The translations under genes were made by a program, and so were the position numbers. This document shows positions 25,061-32,000 of a stretch of 32,000 nt of DNA, in pieces (position 1 is the stretch's first letter; every line of letters starts with the position of its first letter). This DNA comes from Mycolicibacterium smegmatis (GTDB taxonomy: Bacteria; Actinomycetota; Actinomycetes; Mycobacteriales; Mycobacteriaceae), in NCBI RefSeq assembly GCF_001457595.1, contig NZ_LN831039.1, positions 6,930,001 through 6,962,000 of the forward strand, in the 5' to 3' direction. Below the pieces are notes generated by a model. It was not told the DNA's origin and did no database searches. It saw only the letters and a program-made list of their open reading frames with translations.

Positions 25061-25101
25061 CGCTACCATCATGCGACGCCGGGGCCGAAGTTGCAGGTCG
25101 G

Positions 25102-25107
25102 TAGGCT
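25102..25107 (+). promoter_or_regulatory. Putative -10 hexamer (TAGGCT) for the leaderless SDR transcript
   Basis: It fits TANNNT and lies exactly 7 nt upstream of GTG 25115. Confidence 0.4.
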
Positions 25108-25114
25108 TGTCGGC

Positions 25115-25780
25115 GTGCCGACCGCGCTGATCACCGGAGCGAGCGGGGCCATCGGTTCGGCCATCGCCGCTGCCCTCGCCCCCACCCACACCCTGTTGCT
25201 GGCGGGTCGCCCGTCGGCCCGGCTCGACGAGGTCGCCGAACGCCTGGGCGCCCCGACCTGGCCACTCGACCTCACCGACGCCGATTCGATCGAGTCGAGC
25301 ACCGAGGTGCTCGCCGAACTCGACGTGCTGGTGCACAACGCGGGGGTGCTGTTCCCGGGCCGCGTCGGCGAATCCACGGCCGACGAGTGGCGTGCGTCGT
25401 TCGAGGTGAACGTCACAGGTGCCGTCGCGCTGACGCTGGCGTTGCTGCCTGCGTTGCGCGCCGCGCGCGGGCACGTCGTGTTCATCAATTCAGGTGCGGG
25501 GCGCAACGTGTCGGCGGGCATGGCCTCGTACTCGGCGAGCAAGTTCGCGCTGCGCGCGTTCGCCGACTCACTGCGCGCCGATGAACCGTCGCTGCGGGTC
25601 ACCTCGGTGTTCCCGGGGCGCACCGATTCGGACATGCAGCGCGAACTGATCGCCTACGAGGGCCGCGAGTACGACCCCGGCAGTTTCCTGCGGCCCGAGA
25701 CCGTCGCGGGGCTGGTGGCCTCGGCCGTCAACACCCCACGCGACGGCCACGTCCACGAGATCGTGGTCCGCCCGGGCTAG
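25115..25780 (+). CDS. Short-chain dehydrogenase/reductase (SDR) family oxidoreductase
   Basis: GTG 25115 gives (M)PTALITGASGAIG. The NAG motif is HNAGV and the catalytic YxxxK is YSASK. The upstream part of the 414-aa ORF is antisense to the hydrolase gene. Confidence 0.85.
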   Translation: MPTALITGASGAIGSAIAAALAPTHTLLLAGRPSARLDEVAERLGAPTWPLDLTDADSIESSTEVLAELDVLVHNAGVLFPGRVGESTADEWRASFEVNVTGAVALTLALLPALRAARGHVVFINSGAGRNVSAGMASYSASKFALRAFADSLRADEPSLRVTSVFPGRTDSDMQRELIAYEGREYDPGSFLRPETVAGLVASAVNTPRDGHVHEIVVRPG

Positions 25781-25786
25781 ACCCGG

Positions 25787-28648
25787 CTAGACGACCAGGT
25801 TGACCAGTCGGCCCGGGACAACGATGACCTTCTTGGGCGTGGCCCCGGCCAGGAACGCCTGCACCTTCTCGTCGGCCAGGGCCGCGGCCTCGAGCGCGGC
25901 CTTGTCCGCGTCGGCCGCCACGACGATCTTGCCGCGCACCTTGCCGTTGACCTGGACGGGGAACTCGATGGTGTCCTCCACCAGGTACTGCGGGTCGGCC
26001 TCGGGGAAAGGTCCGTGTGCCAGCGAGGTGTCGTGGCCCAGCCGCTTCCACAGTTCCTCGGCGAGGTGCGGCGCCAGCGGCGCGACCATCAGCACCAGTG
26101 GTTCGATCGCGGCGCGCGCCGCCACACCCTCCTTGGTGAGGTGGTTGGTGTACTCGATGAGCTTGGCGGCCGCGGTGTTGTTGCGAAGTGCCGCATAGTC
26201 TTCGCGCACACCTTCGATCGTGCGGTGCAGCAGGCGCAGCGTCTCGTCGCTGAGTGCCTCGTGCTCGACGACACGCACGTTGCCCGAGGTCTCGTCGATC
26301 ACGACGCGCCACACACGCTGCAGGAAGCGGTGCGCACCGACGACGTCCTTGGTGGCCCACGGCCGCGACGCCTCGAGCGGGCCCATCGACATCTCGTACA
26401 CGCGCAGCGTGTCGGCGCCGTAGTTGTCGCAGATCTCGTCGGGCGACACCGAGTTCTTCAGGCTCTTGCCGATCTTGCCGAACTCCTGGTTCACCTCTAT
26501 TTCACCATCGGGACCGGGCCAGAAGAACTTGCCGTCCCGCTCGATCACCTCGGCGGCGGGCACATAGGTGCCGCGCGAGTCGGTGTAGGCGAAGGCCTGG
26601 ATGTAGCCCTGGTTGACCAGGCGTCGGTACGGCTCACGCGAGCTGACGTAACCCAGGTCGTAGAGCACCTTGTGCCAGAACCGCGAGTACAGCAGGTGCA
26701 GCACAGCGTGTTCCACGCCGCCGACGTACAGGTCGACACCGCCCGGATCCTCCGGGCCGTGCTCGTCGGGGCGCGGCCCCATCCAGTACGCCTCGTTCTC
26801 CTTGGCGCACATCTCATCCGGATTGTGCGGGTCGGTGTAGCGCAGCTCGTACCACGAGCTGCCGGCCCACTGCGGCATGACATTGGTGTCACGCGTGTAG
26901 GACTGCAGACCGTCACCGAGGTCGAGTTCGACGTGGACCCATTCGGTGGCCTTGTTCAGCGGCGGCGAGGGCTCGCTGTCGGCGTCGTCCGGGTCGAACA
27001 GCACCGGCGAGTAGTCGGGGACGTCCGGAAGCTCAACGGGCAGAGCAGATTCCGGCAGCGGGTGGGCACGTCCGTCGGCGTCGTAGACAATGGGGAACGG
27101 CTCACCCCAGTAGCGCTGGCGGGCGAACAGCCAGTCACGCAGCTTGTACTCGACGCGGCGCTTCCCGCGGCCGTCGGCCTCGAGACGGGCGATGATGGCC
27201 TCCTTGGCCGACGCCACATCCATGCCGTCGAGGAAGCCCGAGTTGACCATGGTGCCGTCGCCCGCGTAGGCGGCCTCCGAGATGTCACCACCGGTCACCA
27301 CCTCGATGATGGGCAGGCCGAACTCCTTGGCGAAATCCCAGTCACGCTGATCGCCGCCGGGCACCGCCATGATGGCGCCGGTGCCGTAGCCGGCCAGCAC
27401 GTAGTCGGCGATGAAGATCGGAACCTGTTTGCCGTCAGCGGGATTGGTCGCGTAGGCACCCAGGAACACACCGGTCTTGGTCTTGTTCTCCTGGCGCTCC
27501 AGATCCGACTTCGCGGCGATGTCCGTGCGGTAGGCCGCGACGGCCTCGCGCGGGGTCGCCGCGCCGTAGGTCCAGCGCTCGTCGGTGCCGTCGGGCCACG
27601 CGTCGGTCACCAGCGTGTCGACCAGATCGTGCTCGGGGGCCAACACCAGATACGTTGCGCCGAACAACGTATCGGGACGCGTGGTGAACACCTCGATGTC
27701 GTCGGCCGCGGTCGCGAACAGCACCGAGGCACCCGTCGAGCGGCCGATCCAGTTGCGCTGCATGGTCTTGACCTTCTCGGGCCAATCCAGCACGTCGAGA
27801 TCCTCGAGGAGCCTGTCGGAGTACGCGGTGATGCGCATCATCCACTGGCGCAACCGCTTCCGGAACACCGGGAAGTTGCCGCGGTCGCTGCGGCCCTCGG
27901 AGGTCACCTCCTCGTTGGCCAGCACGGTGCCCAGACCGGGGCACCAGTTCACCATCGAGTCGGCGCGGTACACCAAGCGGTAACCGTCGATCACATCGGC
28001 GCGCTCACCCTTGGACAGATCGGCCCAGTTGCGGCCGTCGTCGAGCGTGCGCTTACCCGATTCGAACTCCTCGACCAGCTCGCTGATGCGGCGGGCCTTG
28101 TTCTGGTCGCGGTCGAACCAGGCGTTGTAGATCTGCAGGAAGATCCACTGCGTCCACTTGTAGTAGTCGACGTCGGTGGTGGAGAAGCTGCGGCGCGTGT
28201 CGTGGCCCAGCCCCAGCCGGCCCAGCTGCCTGCGGAAGTTGACGATGTTGGCCTCGGTGCGCGTGCGCGGATGCGTCCCGGTCTGCACCGCGTACTGCTC
28301 GGCGGGCAGGCCGAAGGCATCGAACCCCAGCGCGTGCAACACGTTGCGGCCGAGCATGCGGTAGTAGCGCGCGTAGACGTCTGTCGCGATGTAGCCGAGC
28401 GGGTGCCCGACGTGCAGACCGTCGCCCGACGGGTACGGGAACATGTCCTGGACGAACATCTTGTCGGCAGGAACATCCGAGCCGTCCTTCGGCGCGAGTG
28501 ACCCCACGGGATTGGCGACGTTGAACGTGCCGCGGTCCGACCACGTCTCCTGCCACGCCCGCTCGATCTGCCCCGCGAGATCCGCGTTGTAGCGATGACG
28601 CGGGATCTGCTCATCGGGTGTTGTCGGCGTGGTTGCGGGTTCGGTCAC
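25787..28648 (-). CDS. leuS: Leucine--tRNA ligase
   Basis: It carries the class I HIGH motif (HVGHPLGY) and the KMSKS-equivalent (KIGKSLKNS), along with the CP1 editing-domain region and the C-terminus ...[11 protein letters not shown] 28646-48 gives (M)TEPATTP, consistent with mycobacterial LeuS N-termini as I remember them. Confidence 0.97.
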   Translation of the reverse strand: MTEPATTPTTPDEQIPRHRYNADLAGQIERAWQETWSDRGTFNVANPVGSLAPKDGSDVPADKMFVQDMFPYPSGDGLHVGHPLGYIATDVYARYYRMLGRNVLHALGFDAFGLPAEQYAVQTGTHPRTRTEANIVNFRRQLGRLGLGHDTRRSFSTTDVDYYKWTQWIFLQIYNAWFDRDQNKARRISELVEEFESGKRTLDDGRNWADLSKGERADVIDGYRLVYRADSMVNWCPGLGTVLANEEVTSEGRSDRGNFPVFRKRLRQWMMRITAYSDRLLEDLDVLDWPEKVKTMQRNWIGRSTGASVLFATAADDIEVFTTRPDTLFGATYLVLAPEHDLVDTLVTDAWPDGTDERWTYGAATPREAVAAYRTDIAAKSDLERQENKTKTGVFLGAYATNPADGKQVPIFIADYVLAGYGTGAIMAVPGGDQRDWDFAKEFGLPIIEVVTGGDISEAAYAGDGTMVNSGFLDGMDVASAKEAIIARLEADGRGKRRVEYKLRDWLFARQRYWGEPFPIVYDADGRAHPLPESALPVELPDVPDYSPVLFDPDDADSEPSPPLNKATEWVHVELDLGDGLQSYTRDTNVMPQWAGSSWYELRYTDPHNPDEMCAKENEAYWMGPRPDEHGPEDPGGVDLYVGGVEHAVLHLLYSRFWHKVLYDLGYVSSREPYRRLVNQGYIQAFAYTDSRGTYVPAAEVIERDGKFFWPGPDGEIEVNQEFGKIGKSLKNSVSPDEICDNYGADTLRVYEMSMGPLEASRPWATKDVVGAHRFLQRVWRVVIDETSGNVRVVEHEALSDETLRLLHRTIEGVREDYAALRNNTAAAKLIEYTNHLTKEGVAARAAIEPLVLMVAPLAPHLAEELWKRLGHDTSLAHGPFPEADPQYLVEDTIEFPVQVNGKVRGKIVVAADADKAALEAAALADEKVQAFLAGATPKKVIVVPGRLVNLVV

Positions 28649-28861
28649 GACCAACAGGGTATAAGGCGGCCGCAAACCGCTCGAAGTCGCTGACCTCCGC
28701 AGACCGTCAGGGCACAGCTTGGTATCGGTTCCGTCGCGGGCAAGTCAGAGCTTGATTCCAGGTGTGTAGAGATCCTGGTTTCGGCACCTGCGGCATGGAT
28801 ACAGTCAGCGCCTGACGTACGGCAGCAAACAGCTTCGAATCGTTGGGGAAGGACGCACGCA

Positions 28862-29767
28862 ATGACCGAGAGTGCCCGTCGTTGGCGGGTTCTGAGCGCA
28901 GGGGTGGCCGCGGGACTGGCCGGTTTCGTCAGCCTTGCCGGCAACACCGCATCCGCCGAACCAGTGTTGCCCATGCCACCGGCGCCCGTGCCGTCACCGG
29001 TGGTGCAGCAGGCGGCCCCGCTCGCTCCTGCGGCCGCGCCCGCGGCTGCTGCGGTACCCGGAACGTCGAGCCTGGGCGTGACGAATCAGACACCAGGCGT
29101 CGCCGTGCCCGCGGCGCCCGCAGCGGTGCCGCAACCGGCGATCGTCCCGGCGACCTCCGGCACGCTCTCGGAATTCCTCGCCGAGCACGGCGTCAAGATG
29201 GAGCCGCAGGTCGCCGACAACTTCACGGCGCTCAACATCGTGCTGCCCATGCCGACGAACTGGACGAAAGTCCCCGATCCGAACGTGCCGAACGCGTTCG
29301 CCGTGATCGCCGACCGCACCAGCAAGGACCTGTACACACCCAACGCCCAGGTGGTGGTCTACAAGCTCATCGGCGACTTCGACCCGCGCGCGGCGATCAG
29401 CCACGGCTACGTCGACAGCCAGAAGCTTCTCGGCTGGCGTACCACCGACATGGCGATGGGCGACTTCTACGGATTCCCCTCGTCCTTCATCGAAGGTAGC
29501 TACACCGAGGGCAGCCAGGTGCTCAACACCTCCCGCCGCCACGTCATCGCCACGTCGGGCGACGACCGGTACCTGGTGTCGCTGTCGGTGAACTGGTCGG
29601 CCGCCAACCAGGGCATATCGGCCGCCGCGGAAGCGACCGACGCGATCGTCTCGGGCTTCCGGGTCAGCGCGCCGGCGCCCGCTCCTGCGGCTCCGCCCGC
29701 CGCGCCCGCACCGGTTGCGCCACCCGCGCTGCCCGCTTTGCCCCAGCTCCCGGGCCTCCCGGGCTAG
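28862..29767 (+). CDS. mtc28: Secreted proline-rich protein of the Mtc28 / LpqN-LpqT family (Rv0040c-like)
   Basis: ATG 28862 has GGGGAAGGA upstream. The signal peptide is ..LAGNTASA|EP. Pro/Ala-rich regions flank a conserved core (FTALNIVLPMPTNWTKVPDPNVPNAFAVIADR...). Confidence 0.85.
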   Translation: MTESARRWRVLSAGVAAGLAGFVSLAGNTASAEPVLPMPPAPVPSPVVQQAAPLAPAAAPAAAAVPGTSSLGVTNQTPGVAVPAAPAAVPQPAIVPATSGTLSEFLAEHGVKMEPQVADNFTALNIVLPMPTNWTKVPDPNVPNAFAVIADRTSKDLYTPNAQVVVYKLIGDFDPRAAISHGYVDSQKLLGWRTTDMAMGDFYGFPSSFIEGSYTEGSQVLNTSRRHVIATSGDDRYLVSLSVNWSAANQGISAAAEATDAIVSGFRVSAPAPAPAAPPAAPAPVAPPALPALPQLPGLPG

Positions 29768-29772
29768 AGGTT

Positions 29773-29797
29773 GGGCCGGGGCGCCGAGCCCCGGCCC
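29773..29797 (+). terminator. GC-rich hairpin downstream of the Mtc28-like gene
   Basis: The arms gggccggggc / gccccggccc form a perfect 10-bp stem with a 5-nt loop. It starts 6 nt after the stop. There is no U-tract, which is common in mycobacteria. Confidence 0.55.
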
Positions 29798-29824
29798 GAT
29801 ACCGCACGAACGCCGCCGAACTCG

Positions 29825-29830
29825 TATTGT
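29825..29830 (+). promoter_or_regulatory. Putative -10 hexamer (TATTGT) for a leaderless small membrane-protein transcript
   Basis: It fits TANNNT and lies 6 nt upstream of ATG 29837. No SD is present. Confidence 0.45.
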
Positions 29831-29836
29831 GGGCCC

Positions 29837-30208
29837 ATGCTGATCGCCGCGCTGCTGTGTCTGAGCGCCGCCGTCGTCGTCGCAGTCCTCGGGTTGTGGC
29901 TGTTGACCCGGCCCCGTTACGGAGATCCGGTGCGGGGCGTGTTGAGAGCGGTTGCCCCGACGCAGCTGGCCGCCGCGGTCATGCTCGCCGCGGGCGGCGC
30001 CACCGCGTTGGCCGCCGCCCCGCAGACCGGGCTCATGGTCGTCGTGGTGTGCGTCATCGGGGCCATCGCGACCGTGGCCGCGGGCTGCTGGCAGAGCGCC
30101 AAGGCCGTCGCCGTCAGTCAAGCGGCGAGTGAAGCGGCGCGCGAGGCGTCCGGCGGCAGCTGCGCCCCGGAGGCGTGCGCGGCCTGCACGCTGTCCTGCA
30201 GCAAGTGA
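29837..30208 (+). CDS. Small membrane protein (Rv0039c-like) with a Cys-rich C-terminal tail
   Basis: The sequence MLIAALLCLSAAVVVAVLGLWLL... contains three hydrophobic helices. The tail is GGSCAPEACAACTLSCSK. The start is set at ATG 29837 rather than ORF-track 29771, which would lie inside the terminator hairpin. Confidence 0.65.
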   Translation: MLIAALLCLSAAVVVAVLGLWLLTRPRYGDPVRGVLRAVAPTQLAAAVMLAAGGATALAAAPQTGLMVVVVCVIGAIATVAAGCWQSAKAVAVSQAASEAAREASGGSCAPEACAACTLSCSK

Positions 30209-30814
30209 TCAGTTGCGGCTCACGTCGATGGGGTGGGTCGCCAGCAGCGACATCGGCAGCGGCTGACGTCGCAGCACACGTCCCCACAGGTCGATCCGCG
30301 GCTCGATGAGCACGTCGGAGGGCAACGCCGACAACACGATCCAATCGTCGCGCTCGATCTCGCCGTCCAGCTGCCCGGTGGTCCAGCCGGAGTATCCCGC
30401 GAAGATGCGGACACCCTCGATGACGGGCGCGAGCTCCTCGGGATCGGCGTCGAGATCCACCATCACCACACGGCCCTGTACATGCCGCAACCCGTCGACG
30501 CCGTCGGCCTGCATGCCGACCCGCAGCGTCGCGAGACACAACGCCGAATCCCGTTTGACCGGGCCGCCGATGAACATCGTCTTGGGTTTCGCGGTGACCT
30601 CGGCCCACTGCGGCAGGACGTTGTAGACAGCGGTCTCACTCGGCCGGTTGAGGATCACCCCGAGCGTGCCGCCCGAATTGTGCTCGACGATGTAGATGAC
30701 CGTGCGCCGGAACGTCGGCTCGAGCAGATCGGTGTTGGCGAGCAGCAGTGTTCCCGGGCGTACCCGGTGGGCCGCAGGGGCGATGAAATCCTCCGGATCC
30801 TCTGACTGCGCCAC
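30209..30814 (-). CDS. YqgE/AlgH-family protein (UPF0301, Rv0038-like)
   Basis: GTG start at 30812-14. The sequence ...LLEPTFRRTVIYIVEHNSGGTLGVILNRPS...MFIGGPV...FAGYSGWTTGQLDGEIERDDWIV is the family signature. Confidence 0.9.
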   Translation of the reverse strand: MAQSEDPEDFIAPAAHRVRPGTLLLANTDLLEPTFRRTVIYIVEHNSGGTLGVILNRPSETAVYNVLPQWAEVTAKPKTMFIGGPVKRDSALCLATLRVGMQADGVDGLRHVQGRVVMVDLDADPEELAPVIEGVRIFAGYSGWTTGQLDGEIERDDWIVLSALPSDVLIEPRIDLWGRVLRRQPLPMSLLATHPIDVSRN

Positions 30815-30940
30815 TCATACATCATGGCACCAGCACCCGCGTGACGTGGCGAACAAATTAAGGCGTGGCCGGAAATATCCGGATCTTTGTACTGTGGAGC
30901 GGGTTGCCGACCGCTGTCTGGACAGCCCCCCGAACAGGAC

Positions 30941-32000
30941 GTGATCTTCGTGGTTGACGCTCGCGCGCCCATCGCCTTGTGGCGGTCGTTGCGGGCCATG
31001 ACCGAGTTCCGCCGGTTGCTCGAATTGCGCGCGGTCAGCCAGTTCGGTGACGGCCTGTTCCAGGCCGGCCTGGCCGGGGCCATCCTGTTCAATGTCGAGC
31101 GCGCCGCGGGCCCGTGGCAGATCGCGGGTTCGTTCGCGGTGCTGTTCCTGCCGTACTCCGCACTCGGGCCGTTCGCGGGTGCGCTGCTGGACCGCTGGGA
31201 CCGGCGTCTGGTGATGATCGGCGCGAACCTCGGGCGGCTGCTGCTCGTGGTGCTCGTGGGCGTGCTGCTGGCGCTCGGCGCCGGGGATCTGGAGATCCTG
31301 TGCTGCGCGCTGATCATCAACGGCTTCACGCGGTTCGTGTCCTCCGGTCTGTCGGCCGCGCTGCCCGACGTCGTACCCCGCGGCCAGGTGGTGGCGATGA
31401 ACTCGGTGGCCACCGCGACCGGGGCGGCCGCGGCGTTTCTCGGCGCCAACTTCATGCTGTTGCCGCGCTGGCTGTTCGGCGCGGGCGACGCCGGGGCCTC
31501 GGTGGTGATCTTCATCGTGCTGATCCCCGTCGCGCTCGCACTGTGGCTCTCGGTGCGGTTCGGCCCGCACGTGCTGGGCCCGCACGAGAGCAAGCGCGCG
31601 ATCCACGGGTCGGTGGCCTATGCCGTGTCGACCGGCTGGCTGCACGGCGCCCGCACGGTCGCCTCGGTCCGCACGGTCGCCGCGACCCTGGGCGGACTGG
31701 CCGCGCACCGAGCGGCGTTCGGCATCAACACGCTCATCGTGCTGGTGCTCGTCCGGCACACCGACACCCCGACCCAGGTCGCGGGTGTGGGCCTGGGCAC
31801 GGCCGTGGTGTTCGTGGGGGCGACCGGTGCCGGGACCTTCCTGGCGACGCTGGTGATGCCTGCCGTCGTCGCGCGTTTCGGCCGCTACGCCACGGCCAAC
31901 GGCGCGCTCGCGTTCGCCGCGCTGGTGCAGGCCGTCGCGCTGAGCCTGCATCTGCCCGTGATGCTGGTGTGCGGGTTCCTGCTGGGCGCGGCCGGCCAGT
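30941..32000 (+). CDS. MFS transporter (Rv0037c-like), 5' portion; it continues beyond the window
   Basis: The frame is open from GTG 30941 to the window end, with an alternative in-frame GTG at 30950. The translation ..[37 protein letters not shown]...[15 protein letters not shown]... has multiple TM helices. This ORF is absent from the track only because it has no stop within the window. Confidence 0.8.
   Translation, partial: MIFVVDARAPIALWRSLRAMTEFRRLLELRAVSQFGDGLFQAGLAGAILFNVERAAGPWQIAGSFAVLFLPYSALGPFAGALLDRWDRRLVMIGANLGRLLLVVLVGVLLALGAGDLEILCCALIINGFTRFVSSGLSAALPDVVPRGQVVAMNSVATATGAAAAFLGANFMLLPRWLFGAGDAGASVVIFIVLIPVALALWLSVRFGPHVLGPHESKRAIHGSVAYAVSTGWLHGARTVASVRTVAATLGGLAAHRAAFGINTLIVLVLVRHTDTPTQVAGVGLGTAVVFVGATGAGTFLATLVMPAVVARFGRYATANGALAFAALVQAVALSLHLPVMLVCGFLLGAAGQ

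Noticed and set aside
26015-28501. 828-aa plus-strand ORF opposite leuS
   Set aside because: It is an antisense shadow of leuS and has no recognisable domain.
30655-31951. Minus-strand ORFs of 312 aa and 378 aa opposite the MFS transporter gene
   Set aside because: The plus-strand frame from 30941 gives a typical multi-TM MFS sequence. The minus-strand translations are Arg/Pro/Ser-rich shadows.
1-32000. Search for CRISPR arrays, IS or transposase remnants, integrases, phage genes, toxin-antitoxin pairs and rRNA/tRNA genes
   Set aside because: I saw no direct-repeat/spacer periodicity, no terminal inverted repeats flanking a transposase-like ORF, no small adjacent TA-like ORF pairs and no structured RNA gene signatures. 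The only mobile elements found are the two inteins.

Overview
This is a high-GC, mycobacterial-type chromosomal segment. Gene order and protein sequences match what I remember of the origin-proximal core region of a fast-growing mycobacterium (Mycolicibacterium smegmatis-like). It is colinear with M. tuberculosis Rv0058 (dnaB) through Rv0037c, with dnaB, the ribosomal operon, ponA1 and leuS on the minus strand.

Contents in order:
- 1-2600: a compositionally atypical left end. It holds an amidohydrolase 3' fragment, an SDR, a HEAT-like protein and a decayed YbaB/EbfC-like small ORF.
- dnaB, interrupted by two inteins. One is a 139-aa class-3-type mini-intein inside the Walker A loop. The other is a 375-aa LAGLIDADG intein.
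- A 520-bp non-coding dnaB upstream region carrying a same-orientation cluster of DnaA-box-like TGTGGA(T/C) motifs.
- The rpsF-ssb-rpsR-rplI operon.
- A Pro/Tyr-rich membrane protein.
- A translationally coupled chain: Zn-ribbon (DUF5318-like) gene, then ponA1, then a GT87-like membrane protein.
- A DUF1707 membrane protein, a PadR regulator, ino1 and an alpha/beta hydrolase.
- A Tat-type PhoX phosphatase, an F420/LLM oxidoreductase and a GntR regulator.
- A fused binding-protein/permease plus ATPase amino-acid ABC importer, then a MarR regulator.
- A GH63-like glucosylglycerate-hydrolase-type enzyme, a second SDR and leuS.
- An Mtc28-like secreted protein, a small membrane protein, a YqgE/AlgH protein and the 5' part of an MFS transporter.

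I found no rRNA, tRNA, CRISPR array, IS element or phage genes. Most of the long ORFs in the six-frame track are antisense shadows of real genes, as expected at this GC content.

Nothing here convinces me of a wholly new multi-gene system. The observations most worth a second look are:
- the DnaA-box cluster in front of the replicative helicase gene;
- the conditional-splicing architecture of DnaB, which is already described in the literature;
- the coupled Zn-ribbon/ponA1/GT87 module;
- the recurrent TANNNT-N6-8-start (leaderless) architecture;
- the regulator-flanked ABC importer and glucosylglycerate hydrolase insertion.

All coordinates were derived by hand from the sequence. No database search was run.
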